The translations under genes and the position numbers were made by a program. Below, piece by piece: positions 46,837 to 59,907 of a stretch of 64,000 nt of DNA (within the stretch, counting starts at the first letter, position 1; every line of letters begins with the position of its first letter). Origin of the DNA: Fistulifera solaris (lineage: Eukaryota); contig AP026135.1 of NCBI GenBank assembly GCA_030295235.1, positions 1,178,001-1,242,000 on the forward strand, given 5' to 3'. Below the pieces are notes generated by a model that was not told where the DNA came from, did no database searches, and worked only from the letters and a program-made list of their open reading frames with translations.

Positions 46837-48198
46837 ATGCAATCGCAGAACCATGAGAATGCGAATCCTTTTCCTTCATCATCCACGACAACCACAACTC
46901 CTCTCACAACAACTGCCTCACGTCCGCGAAAGACACTGCAAGATCGCAAACGAATCCCATTTAGTATCTATTTGACAGTCGTTGTATGTCTCTTGTTGCA
47001 ATTTGCGGCGGGTGTGTGGAATGCATCGACGTTAATTCTCTGGAAAGACAGCATGTGCACTGCGTGGGAAACGTTTCTACAGCATGTTTACTATTTAGGA
47101 ACACCGCCGTCGTCGACAACAACTACTTCGACACAACGAGAATACGCACAAACGGTTGCATTGGCATTCTTGACTTTATCAGTAGTCTACGTCTTTTTCT
47201 TGGCCCCTTTGAAAGCAGGATTGTGGACAGGTCAACGAGCGAAACGACATCTCGTGCATCGTTACGGAGGATTGACTTATATGCTGCAATATGCGGCAGC
47301 GTGGCTGGAATTTGGGTCGCAATACAACCCGTCTTCGAACATTACCCATTTCATTAGTATCAACGGTATGCGTAAATGAGTCCTCGTTTCTTGTCAGCAC
47401 ATCGAGCTCTTCGTCTTCTCAAATTTATGCTTCCCATCAAACAGGACTCGTGCAAGGTATCAGTGCTTTCGTTTCTTTCAAAGTATTGCCAGAATTGGAA
47501 GACGCTGGATATATATCCGATAAAGCGGTGTTGAGTCGCAATTTTGTGCACGAGAACATTTTCTTTACTCTCATGGTGTACTTTGGTTCGATCTACTATC
47601 AACCGTCGTATCGTGCGCAATTGCAGTCTACCACATTGGGACGTGTCTTGGAAGCACTCTTCGTATTTTGGCCCTATGTGCTCATTCGGATATGGTTTCC
47701 CATAACACGCTTTCGTAATGCAGGAACGACACACAATGGCCGTACGAAACTCAATCAAACCTTTTATGAGATATCCACAGTTCTCATTAAAATATTCTTT
47801 CTCTGGGCCAAATACTTTCTCGGATTCTACATCAATTTCTTGGTGTATCTGGATCTTTGTCGCCCCAACAATGGCAGTTTGTACACGGACTCTATTTGTT
47901 AAATGCGGGGACCGTCAGTTTGGCGGTTTTTTTGCACACCATGCGCTTCAAAAAAGTTTTGCCCCCCAAAGTTACCATGTCGATTTACTTGTTGCAGATT
48001 TATTTGACGTTCGTGGCCATCCCCATGGCGTATCCCATCTTTGTGGAGCACTTACCCTTGTGCGGACTGACTTTGGCAGGATTGCTTTGTAACATGACGC
48101 GCAGTCGAGCTGTTCATGCTGTGTGGTGTGGGGTTACTATGCTATTGCTTTGTCGAAGAGATTACTCACAATACTTGGGACAACAATTTGCGTGGTAA
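46837..48198 (+). CDS. Multi-pass membrane protein of unknown function; exons 46837..47365 and 47445..48198, one frameshift
   Basis: GTATGC..CAG intron in phase 1; many hydrophobic segments. Adding one T at about 47856-47858 joins the last two ORFs (LDLLSPQQW). Confidence 0.7.
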
Positions 48199-48282
48199 AA
48201 TGGACATATTAACGACCCAAATACGAAACGAAGAAGGAAAATCCAGCCAGAATATTATAATGTAACGCGCACATATTCATCT

Positions 48283-49353
48283 TTACAATATCACGCACAC
48301 GCATTTGTATTCCGTCACTTCAAAAGTAGGATCCGTTTTAGTGACGGTGCGTATTTTCTGCGCCGGAGGAGCTGGAACCGCTTCTTTCACAACACGTTGG
48401 ACTGGCATCGGTGATGCCGCTTCGGTGACGACGACCGGAGATTCGGAAGGAGGTCCCTCGTCCAATTTGTCTTCGGTCAACAATATACCGGTCGGTTTCA
48501 GTTTCGCTTTCGTAAAGGTTGGTGGAGAAGCCGGTGATGTCGGTGACATGGGCGTCTCCTCGGCTTTACGCAATTGCGCTTGCTGAAAGGCTGGTGGACG
48601 CGAGGGCACGTCCTTTTGTCAGAGTAATCTCTCGCTTTGGCTATCGGTTCTTCGGGCTTTTTGGAAAACCATGCCTTCTTTTTCGGTTCGGTTGGCGCAT
48701 TATCGCTGGTTGTGGCAGTTGCTGCAGCACTTGGTTTCGGTTTCGGTGGGGGAGGTGCTAAAGGTTCCGTTGCAATGGGTCGCATCTTCATTTCCGGAGG
48801 CGATGCAGTTTCTTTTTCTTGGGACGCACCACCATGTAGTCGATTGTGCCGACGCGCAGCCATAAGAGCGACTTGTTCCGCCAAGGTCGACGTCGGGGCA
48901 TTCAAAGGCTTTGATTGCGAAGGCAAGACATCTTCAATGTGTTTTCGAACGGGCTCTTCTGCGGGTACTTCGCCATTTACACGAGCATTCCGCTTGGCTG
49001 CCATGGCAAGAATCTCATTGTTGAGTGATGAGCTGCCACTGCTACCCATCAAAGGATGCGGAGGACGAGATGCTCGTGCACTATTTTCGTTACTACCACC
49101 GTCAATGACTGCAAGTTGTTTCGAAGGACGAGGGTCATCCGTCGGATTTTCTATTCTTTTTTGCTCCATCTTCTTAGCTGCTTCTGCTAGCATGTTTTTA
49201 GCCCCAGCACCGCCGAAAAGAGGGTGGGGAGGTCGCCCTAAAGAAGTGGAGACAAAGTATTCGATTGAATGAGTGAGTCATAGTGAGAAAAGGCAACGAA
49301 AAGACAATTGCACGGAACGGTAATTTACAAGATTTGGTTTTACCTTCTGCCAT
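48283..49353 (-). CDS. Pro-rich protein with WH2-like motifs and a C-terminal CaaX box; exons 49344..49353 and 48283..49237, one frameshift
   Basis: 10-nt first exon gives MAEG-RPPHPL (RPPHPL recurs internally). Adding one base to the T4 run at 48614-48617 joins the ORFs. Ends KCVCVIL. Confidence 0.65.
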
Positions 49354-50082
49354 GATGAAGAAGTTTCTATCGTACTATTATAGAGTAATGAAGGACAACA
49401 ACGGTAAGCAAAGTTGAATGACCGCATTCGCAAACAAAAGAAACGATGAAAGATACTTGTACAAAGGACTAGATTCAAAAAAAAAACCTGTACTTGCAAG
49501 TTCGAAGTATGGCAAGACTTGAAAAGTCATTTTGGAATTTGATTGAACTGTGTTAAGCATTAAGGATGAAGGTAACAGAGCAGTGACCATTGGGTATCCA
49601 TACGGTACTCAAGGCTTTAAGAAAGAATAGTCACACCCGTTTTACCATCTTTAACGGCTTATCAAACCGTAGATCTAGTTTGTTTGTTAAAGCCCGGTTG
49701 CCTATTTACTATTATTTACCGGAATAAAATGCCTTTTCTCCGCCTCAAGGACACAAAAAGCGTTATTCCACACAACACAGATTTCATCGTTGGCTTTTCT
49801 TTAACGCTAACCGCCAAAATAACTCCTTCATCGCGTCCTTTCTTAGCGAAACAAGAACGATAACGCCTCGATGATACAAAACTGGTCGCCGGTCAATCTT
49901 GGTTTCAAACGGTCTCCAAAAATTCAGCGACAGCCAATTCACAAGGCAATCAGCGACGAAATGTATCATCATCATGCGGTGCCTTTTCCCTTCCTCTGTT
50001 CTCACAAATTTTCGCAACATCAATCCGAACAAAGCGGAAACAGAATATCTCATTCGCATCGATCTTCAAACGCAAAACCAAA

Positions 50083-51637
50083 ATGGGAGAAAACGTCTGG
50101 CACAAGATTCAGTATGTCTACTCGACATGCCTGTTGATTTTCTCTTCCGTCATCGTCATGGCGCTCATCTTCAGTGAGAACACGAAAGTTGCTGCTGATG
50201 TTCACCCTGCCTTTGCTTTCGTCTTGATTTGGGTTGCCTTGATCTGGCTCTCGATGGTCGAGGGAGGACAGGCTTCTCTTGTCGGTCTTCCTCCGATTGA
50301 TCGTGATCTCTACAAGGAGTCTCATCCTATCACTCACCAGATTTGTGAAATCGCACACAAGGGAGACAACTTGAACCGTTATCTCATGGGCCGTCAGTTC
50401 ATGGTATTGGCGTTAGTCTTCACTACAAACATGTGCGGTGCTCCTCTTGAAAATGCTGACGTGCTAGGTCTTCCCACGATCGTCAACAAGATCTTCCTCG
50501 ACTCCGGTATGGCTATGTTCTTCATGGCGGCCATGATCGGTCAGCTCGCGGCTCAAGTAAACGCCTCGCGCTGCATGCTTGATTACATCAACACCCACTT
50601 CATGACCTTCACTCTCTACGTGGCCAACGCCATCGAGGCCTCTGGTTTGTTGCATGCTTCCTACTTGATTCAGAGTATCTTTGGTTTGCTTGGCAGTCCT
50701 ACCGAGTCGTTTGAACCTCCCCGCACTGGAATGACTCTTGTGTTGCACTGGGCCCGTGTAGCCATGTCTGTTGCGATTCTTGCCTTCGCCTTTGCCGTGA
50801 CTCTGTCGGCTTTGTTCCAGGGAAAGACAACCATGTGGGAGAGTGTCCCTGGTTTTGCTGCTGTCATCCTTTTCTTTGTATTCATGAGCATTGTCGGTAT
50901 GCTCGAGGGTATGCAGATTGCGTTCTTTGCGGTTGCCAAGATGACTCCAGAGGAACGCGCTACTCGTCCCTGGGCCAAGCGTACATGTGACTTGTTGTTT
51001 GGCGGATCGGGTCGCAACTTGCCCGGGTTCATGGTGGGACGTCAGATGTGTGTGACCCTTTGCTTCTTCATCATTGCCCGTGTCACCACTGTCAAGTTAG
51101 AGGACGGAGAAACGAACATCTTTGGTGTCTCGAACCAGTTGCAAGAGTTCTTCAACACAGGCTTGCTCGGGGCAATCATCACGACCATCGTCGGCTCCAT
51201 CACGTGGCAGTTGGCCGCGTCTGCATTCCCTCTTGCGTTCTTGTCGACTCCCATCACTTACGTTTTGCTTCGCGTCTGTCTCTTTCTTGAGGCGACTGGA
51301 TTGTGTTCCGGATCGTGGGTCATTGCGAAGATCCACAAAGCTTTCGCTCACTTCAAGTTCGATGAGGTCTATGTGGGAACAGCTGAGGAACGTGCTGCCA
51401 AGAAACACAAAGACGGTGACTACAATGTCAAGCCCGGTCACATGTACCCCGGAGTCCCCGTCATGCCCCCCTACTACGGAGTACAAATTCACCTTGAACG
51501 AAATTGACACGCTTCAGGCCGAGCTCAAAGAGCATAAACAGGAAATTGAGGAACGCATTCGTCAATTGGAGAATCAGCGTTTGCGCTTGACAAGCGGCGC
51601 TCCTCCTGAGCAGAAGGATAAGACTGATAATGTCTAA
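50083..51637 (+). CDS. SIT: Silicon transporter (diatom SIT), with an extra C near the 3' end
   Basis: EGGQ, GRQ, EGMQ, GRQ (GxQ motifs), CMLD, about 10 TM segments. Removing one C from the run at 51466-51471 restores the coiled-coil tail seen in the second copy. Confidence 0.95.
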
Positions 51638-51846
51638 GGGTAGAAGCTCTCAATTTTGAGCTCTTCCCTAGCAGATGGGAAAGCGCTCGAATAGTCATCG
51701 TAACCATTTATGTAACTTTGTGAGTTTTCTTGCAGCAACCCTGAATTCAAAATTTTGAAACACGTTGTCGACGACAAAGATGCAATTATAAAGGAGTTTC
51801 GTTCAGTGTTAAGCGGATTACGGAATACTTTTATTTTACTGACTTC

Positions 51847-54800
51847 TCAAGCCTGGCACTTTGATCGGTTTAAAGCTACCCGCAAGGCTTCACAAGTATC
51901 TTTGGCATCACCGAGAAGAACATCTGTATTGTCTTTAAACAAGATTGGATTCTGCATACCAGCGTATCCAGTATTTCCGATAGAACGCTTCATTACAATT
52001 ACTTGACCACTTTTCCACACACGGAGAACGGGCATGCCATAAATGCTGCAAGAGGGATCGTCTTCTGCAGCCGACGAGACAGTATCGGACGCTATTGTAA
52101 AGTTCGTTAATGTGAAATGTCAGATAACTGCAATCACAAATTTATTTGAGCCGCAAAGTCCTTACCTCCAATAACAAGGGTCACATCTATATCAGGAAAG
52201 TCGTCATTTATTTCTTCCATTTCGAAAACCATGTCATATGGAACCCCGGCCTCGGCCAACAAGACGTTCAATTGCCCCGGCATTCGTCCAGCAACGGGGT
52301 GAATACCGAACCGAACCTCCTTGCCCATACTTTTTAATGTTTTAGCTGTTTCCGCAATGGCAAACTGTGCTTGGGCAACGGCGAGACCGTATCCGGGTGT
52401 AATCATGATTGATTTTGCTTCCATAAGAGTATTAATTGTCTCATCAATCGTGGTTAAAGTAACTTCTCCTTCCATAGCGGACGAGCTCTCAATCGCTTTT
52501 AAAGCCACGGATCCTGCTCCACCAAGAACGACACTAACGACATTACGACCCATAGCTTCGCACATAATCCAGGTGAGAATTGCACCGCTGAAACCAATCA
52601 GCGCACCTACTTCAGCAAGCAACGGATTTCCAAGTAAAAAACCTTCGGCACATAGTGCCCAACCTGAGTAGGAGTTCAAGATAGTAATCACTACAGGCAT
52701 ATCAGCTCCACCGATGCTTGCTGTTAAATGCCATCCCAGAAGAGAAGACACAGTTGCCACCAGTCCTAACGATCCCAGCTGTATTTTTTCAGTATCGAAG
52801 CCGGTCCCTAGCAGCGCTGGATTCAGAAATGTAGCCATACCCATGGTGCAAATTGCTACCATAGCGAGATTGAGCTGATCGCGTCCGGGGAGTTGCAAAG
52901 GCTTACTGCTCATCATCTCGGCGAGTTTCGCGAAGGCTACTACAGATCCAGCAAAAGTCACCCCGCCGATGAATGTTGCTAAATATATGGCTGCCATGGT
53001 TCCTGTCCCTAACGTCGAAGGATCTGACAAGAATTCTCCAGCAGCCCCCGCCATTGCTGCTAGACCGACTAAGCTATGAAACGCAGCCACCGTCTGCGGC
53101 AGTTCCGTAGGTCCGACCTTGGACGCAACGCGACTTCCAATCACTCCCCCAGTTGCCGCTAGCAGGCCCGCTTGCTGAAATGCGGCTACACTTGCCTCTG
53201 CAGTAACCATATCGGCAGCAGTCGCTGCCAAGCCAAATGTTACACCAGCCATCCCAAGAACGTTACCCGTGCGAGCAGTTTGCTGATCGGCTAGTCCAGC
53301 AATGCCTGCGATACAACACAAAGCCGCTGCAATCGCCGTGGTTCCGGCCATAACGGGCAGACCAGCACCATTCACAAATAACGCTCCTGCCAAGCCACTT
53401 AACAACAATATAGCGGGGATCGTATACAATTCGAAATAGTCCTTCGGATCTGTTGGACGACGAAACAAATCCAGCATTTTGCCACTGACAGAAAAGCCAC
53501 CGACGATGTTGACGAAACTGAGCGCGACTGCAGCTGCCCCCATCCAATGTGCAGGCGAGTCAGGAATCAGACCTGCAGTTTCCTCTGCGTTATGACCCAG
53601 CAATAACATTCCACCGACTGCAGTCATCCCACTGATGGCATTGGTGACAGCCATCAGAGGAGAATGCAAAGCGGGCGCAACACCCCATACAACCTGATAT
53701 CCAGCAAGGCCCGCTAGAGCGAAAGTCGCCAATAGGCTGACACTGCTCATATCATTCGTATTCAAGCCGAAAGCTACCAACGCGGCGGCCGCTAGGCTAG
53801 CTATTCCTGTATTTCGGATAACAGCAGAGCGTTGCTCGCGTGCGGCTTTTTCTGTTTGCTGCTCGGGAGTCAAAATGACCTCTACTGCTGTCGTAGCCGA
53901 TGGCGGAGGCGGTGGGGGTGCAAATGGTTTGATTTGATCAGGCCAGCGAGCTTGACCATCCACGGCAATGAGCATATTTTGAACCGCGTCGTCATTCAAA
54001 TCAATTTGCAAATGGCCTTTAATCTTCGTTGTCTGCGGCCCCATACTAAGAACAAACTTCGCAATGTTATTGGCAAACATATTGCTGGCAGTCGAAGCCA
54101 AACGACTAGGCATGTCGGTATAACCGATGATCTTGACACCCTTGTCGGTTGTTATGACCTTGTTTGGTTGTGTCGCAACCACATTGCCGCCATTCGCCGC
54201 CGCAAGATCCACACATACAGATCCTGGTTTCATGACGCTCAACATCTCTTCGTCTACCAGAATAGGTGCTTTCTTACCAGGAATCAAAGCTGTTGTAATG
54301 ATGATATCGACATCCTTGGCCTGTTCCAGCATGAGTGCCGCTTGTGCTTTTTTATACCCATCGCTCATTTCTTTGGCGTACCCTCCGGTGCCACTGCCAT
54401 CTTCCTCATAATCGACTTCCAGAAATGTGGCACCCATACTTTCGACTTGTTCTTTCGTGACAGGACGCACATCAAACGCCCTAACGATGGCTCCCATATT
54501 CTTGGCGGTCTGAATGGCGGAAAGGCCCGCTACCCCCGCACCCAAGACGAGAACTTTGGCTGGAGGCACCTTGCCTGCTGCAGTCATCTGACCGGCAAAG
54601 AAACGAGGAAACTCTTCGGCCGCTTCAATCACAGCACGATATCCGGCAATGTTAGCCTGCGAGGAAAGAGTATCAAATGCCTGTCCACGCGATAGAAGAC
54701 GAGGTACACAATCCAAGGCAAAGACGGTTGTCTTTTGTTCGACAAGACTTCGGTATAGATCCGTATGAATCGCTGGTTGAATAGTGGCAATCAGAGCTTT

Positions 54801-55337
54801 TCCTGCTAGCTTCGGAATCTCATCTTCATTTGGCGGGCGAATCTTGGTGAAGAGATCGGCTACTTCGAAAACCTGTTCACCTTTGAGTACGACGGCACCT
54901 GCTTCTAAATACGCGGCATCACTGAAGGAAGCATTTTCCCCCGCTGAATAGAAAGGTCAGTGTTAGATCAGTATAACGACTGCTGTAAGTCGCGAGGGGA
55001 AGTCTTTCTCATCAAATAGCGTACCTCCGGATTGCACGACGACTTGAAAACCCGCTTTGACCAAATTCTTGACACTATCGGGAGTTTGAGAGACACGATT
55101 CTCTCCCTCGAATGTTTCTTTGAGAACACCAATCGTTATATCTGGATAGGGGATCGATTTTCCTACCACAACTTTGGGCTCAGGAATACCCATCAAATCA
55201 AACTGGACTTTCTTTTTGTTGTCAATCGTCGACAGCAACGACGTCGTAGGACGCGCAACCGGAGTGTACGGTGTCACCCATGCTTGCGTGCTCGACGAGG
55301 CGAGAAAGAAGAACGATAATAGTAATGATGCTTTCAT
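51847..55337 (-). CDS. NNT: Proton-translocating NAD(P) transhydrogenase (dI-dII-dIII single chain), complement join(51847..52091,52166..54943,55025..55337)
   Basis: [62 protein letters not shown]; two GT-AG introns in phase 1; N-terminal signal peptide + QA-W. Confidence 0.95.
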
Positions 55338-55945
55338 GATAGAAAACCCTTTTCAACCTTCCTCGGCAGAAGTGGAATGGTGCAAAAGATGGAACTAAAA
55401 AGAGATCTTTTGACGTGTTTTTTCTTCCTCTCATGTGACAAGAGTTGCACCGCAAAGAAAGGGTTCGCTTCATGTTGCGTGTCATCATCAACGCGATGTT
55501 TTGACGCGAAGAAATCCTCACAACGAATGGCAGAGCGACACGGTATCTTTTCTATCAAAAAGCAGATGGCAAACGACAGTTTAGTACCGGTAGGATCCTC
55601 AAGTGGGCAAAACAATCAGTCTTCATACTACAAAATCCGAAACCAGTGACGTCGCAGAACAATAAGGAACGTTTTCTCTGCTTCGGCTACGGTACCAGTA
55701 CCGGTACGGTACCAAAACCTAGCCTCACAGCGCCCCGAGCTAGAGTTAAGAGTTAAAGAATAGTTCACGTTATTTTTATGTTTAGCGCTCTAGTAAATCA
55801 GGTGCAAACGTTTTCAAAACTTTGTTTTGTAAAGCGTGAATCCATGAGCCATGTGTCCTGAACTGAAGCCACGTGTATGAATAGTCCAACTTCCCAATCG
55901 CAGCAATTACGATAGCCTTTGTGACGAGATCAGCACGTCACCTTA

Positions 55946-57611
55946 TTAATGTAGAAAACGCTTGCAGTGCGGAAGACAAATTTCACCCTTTGAATTACAC
56001 AAGTCACAAATATTTGGATTAGGCTGTCCGGTCAGCGACAAGACTCTTTCCCACAATAAACCGTTTGGATCCAATTTCTGAGGACTTGTTGCGACAAGTA
56101 GAGGTATGGGGATGTAAACACCATGACTGTTCACCTGACCCACGGAAAAGCTGTGTAGCCGCACATGGCTCCATGGACCGCGTTTTGCGCCAGTTCGGTA
56201 CAGTATACCGTATCCAAAGCATTGGCCGGTACCGAACGAACCATGTACGAAGGATCAATGTAACGGACAGTGCATTCCAGTCCCTTCTCGTGAAAATGCT
56301 CCTGAATCTTCTTTTTGATGTATTCGCCGATGGGGGTAGCTTCTTATTACCCCGGTTGTCTTTCCCCGAAGACGGTCCAAGAATTTCTTCTCCTGCACCT
56401 TCCGCAACAACAAGAACGGCATATTTTTTCTCCTCCACTCGCTTTTCTAAAAAGTGAAGAATACCATCCTGTCCCTCGAATATGATGGGGACTTCAGGAA
56501 TCAATACACAATCGACATCACCACTCCCCAGCGCAGCGTATGCGGTCAAGTATCCTGCGGACCGGCCCATCAGCTTCACCACGGTGATGCCCCTCGGACT
56601 TACGCACATGCTCTCGGTTTTGGCGGTTCGAATACTGGCTTGAGCCGCGTCGACGCTGCTCAAGAAGCCGAATGATCGATCAATGTAGTCGACGTCATTA
56701 TCAATAGTTTTCGGAATACCAACTAAAGACACGTTTAAGTTTTGCTTCATACACTCCTCATGAATATGTAAGATTGCTCTATGTGTACCATCGCCTCCAA
56801 TCACGTAGAGCTGCGATATATCTTTCTCCTGGAGAAAGCCAACTATCTTTTCAATGTCGAAACCACCGCGACCACTTCGAAGGACTGTACCTCCTTCATG
56901 ATGAATATCCTCCACGAACTCATTGGTCAACACGATCGGCTCGAAGTCCTTCAAACCAAGAAAACCTCGAAATCCTCCACGGATCCCCCAAACTTGGTTG
57001 GCACCATAGGCGCTATAAAGACTGTGAGTCAACTCGCGAATTACATTGTTGATACCAGGACTCAGTCCACCACAGGTCACAATCGCAGCATTGACGTGTG
57101 AGGGACCGAAATGCAATAATTCACGGGGACCAGCGCGAACAAACGCACGCGATAGAGAAACCAATTCAGCTGTTCGGACGACATCCAGATAAACCACATC
57201 GTCATCGCTGAAATATTCATTGTACTCAAATGAAATACACTGCGAGGACGTTGGTTTCGATATACCCAAGCGGCTCGTATCCCGATCCTTTCGATCTTGA
57301 AAATATTTCGGAGGGTGCACAAAAATGGGCTTAAAAAGTTCCACACGACTGTTGCAAGTGTTGGCCGAAGGAAAGCATTCGCGCAGTGATTCTAGTTTTG
57401 CTATGAAAACCTTTTTCACAACAAGATGTTCCTCCGAATGGGCTTCGAAACCGGCCCGAGAAAGATAGCCCTCTAGTTCTGCCTGATCTTCCTCTTGATT
57501 CAGGATACCGTGCGAAGAGCCTCGGAGAAAATGATTGATAGTCTCCTCCTCTTGCACCATTGCTCTTACGTTTTCGAGAAGTGGATCGTATTCCAATTTT
57601 ATTGTTGTCAT
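55946..57611 (-). CDS. PFK: ATP-dependent 6-phosphofructokinase (plant/protist type), two frameshifts
   Basis: RAGPR, TCGGLSPG, GGDG, PKTIDND, KLMGR, AEGAG. One extra base in each of the runs at about 56332-56336 and 56146-56149 restores YIDPSYMVRSVPAN and the TGQP C-terminus. Start is uncertain. Confidence 0.88.
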
Positions 57612-58559
57612 GGTGTGAGCGAACCGAGCCAATAAACGACAATGCAGATGATGATTTTCTTATGTTCTTCGATTTTGAGAACACTAGCGTGAGAGCCGCG
57701 CGGAGCCGGTAAATGAGAACAGTCACGGTCTCCGAGGTTGCGACATCATTCTTGTATTTTTCGCGTCAGAAATGAAAAATGAAGCCAATCACCAGTTGGA
57801 GCAGGAAAGGCACAAACAATATACGCCCGCTGAAAGTTTGAAAGTAACCAACAAGGCCGTACATTGCCTTTTTGAACAATTCGCGACGGTAAATCGGCTT
57901 GAAGGCGCGACTCTTACGGGAGTATCACACGTCGTTACCTCCGTTCAATCGCCTAAACAACAGAGCAGCCAGCAAACGCGCTGTATTTTAGAATTTTTAA
58001 GAAGCTCATTCTTCACCATACATTTCTTTCGCTTCGGCCGGAACAAAAGAGAGCGGCGAATTACAGCAAATTTCAACGAGAGCACTTGAAGAATTTCTGC
58101 ACCGTTTCTCGACCGTCAACTCGTTCTAGAGAGCCGTCATCTCTCTCTTAAAATGCAGCACTAAAGAGAACGGCTTTAGGTCACACAATGTCAAAGAGGG
58201 AATCGTCTGATTGTTTCGCTTGCTGCGTCGGCTCGTTTTGTTGTTAATGATTGCTCATCTCGACGACCTCACTGACTCACTGAACTACGGAGTACTTATT
58301 TTTAAAACAAAGTGTACACAAATGCTTCACAGCCTTCGGCAACATTTCGGCTCGCACTCTCAGGTCTCAGGACTCAGGACTGATTTTTTTCCAGTCATTA
58401 GCGCGAGCTCGACTATAGCAATAAGTGTTGTCTGAACTTATCCAAGACTACATTTCTGTTCTCGACGCCCGCTTTTGTTCAATAGGAAAAGTCTTGTTTA
58501 TTATCATCTAAATTGCTCCTTATTCTCCATGCAGTAAATAATCGACGTGCTTGTAACGA

Positions 58560-59870
58560 AGAAATGAAAATGGAGGATGATTATGGCCGACTTTCGTCAG
58601 AAAGAAAGGATCGTCGCTTTTGAGAATTGATAATGGATTACCTGTGCTGCGTCAAACGCCACCGCTCATTGCCCCAAGTTTCGTTCTCTTTTGTTTTCCT
58701 TTGCAATTCATCCCAATATGAAGTGCTTGAACATGCCAGATCTTTAATTCTTCACTCTGTTTTTTCCTCATATGTTACCGTTCATCATCGACACTTAAAA
58801 CCTCGTCTTATCTAAGAGGGAAGAACAAAATCACTTCAAATTGCATTAGATATTCTTTGATGAACATGATATTTTTGCCAAAGAGCATTCTGAAACTGTT
58901 GCCCGGAGCTATTTTCCAGACGCTTCGGAAAGCGATAATTGGGCGATTGGGGCTGAATTTGGTTGATTGTCTCTTCTACAAAAGAAAGCGAGGAGAGTTA
59001 GTATCTGATGGATATAGAATCTCATGCCGCGGGCCGTCGCCTCGATGGGTATTGGGAAAAATGTGTTCCGAGCAACCACTACTAACTGCCTTGTAAGATT
59101 CTCGCAACTCTACCACTCAAGTCGCGTATAGCACTCCGTCGTGCAGTCGTTTTTACCACAGTGGATCATCTATCGCCAGATTGAGCGAACAACACAACGG
59201 CGCGATGTATGGACGGATCACGATGAATCAATATCGTTAGACTACGAGTTTCTGATGGGCAAGATCGAGACATGCATTAGTACTTGGAAGTTAGGAATGT
59301 GTGGGATGACTGTTGGAGTCGGTACTATGACGGATTGCCACCCACATTTGCGGATTTCTTCTCGCTACCAGGTATGGTCCTCAAAAGGGCGAAAGGCAAA
59401 GAGTGTACTACATGATAGCAATGGCAGCTGATTCTATTTTTTCTGGGTTGAATGTTCAACGGCGACGATACATTAAGAAGAAGCGGAATGATGGTCTTTG
59501 CCTCCATCAACAACAATTCTGCTATTGAATGGGAAATTTTCATCAAATTTGAGACATTCGAAGGTTCGAAACTTTTAGGGAGATGCTTTCCGTCTGAAAC
59601 GTTTTCGAGTTGTTAAGAGCTGTGTTAAGAGCCGTGCTAGAGGGGACGCAAGGTTACAAAATCGCCAAGCAAATGATTCTGAGGAAATAATCATAGGAAA
59701 TTGAACATATACTCCAGCCACATCCAATGAGACCACTCCGACCAAAGATGCGTTAGGGTAACAGATGGACAAAGCCAGCAGCTCATGCATGCTTTGATGT
59801 GATTTCGATTCTGCCCAACCGGCTAATGTTTGGATCTTTCGTTTCAATATTTCTATTTTTATGGTCTATG
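58560..59870 (+). pseudogene. Possible decayed member of the LRR-like family seen at 39726..41504
   Basis: Short broken plus-strand ORFs; RLGLNLVDCLF...GE..RGP loosely resembles ERLTVHSACF..GE..GKCP. Judged by eye only. Confidence 0.3.
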
Positions 59871-59907
59871 TTTAATGTTTTAAGTAAACTCGAGTGTTCA
59901 AAGATGG

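Noticed and set aside
51466..51507. A truncated SIT isoform or programmed frameshift removing the coiled coil
   Set aside because: The downstream frame is still conserved with the second SIT, and similar homopolymer indels occur throughout the window, so assembly error is simpler.
55946..56340. PFK as a pseudogene
   Set aside because: Two homopolymer corrections restore a conserved C-terminus with no stop codons.
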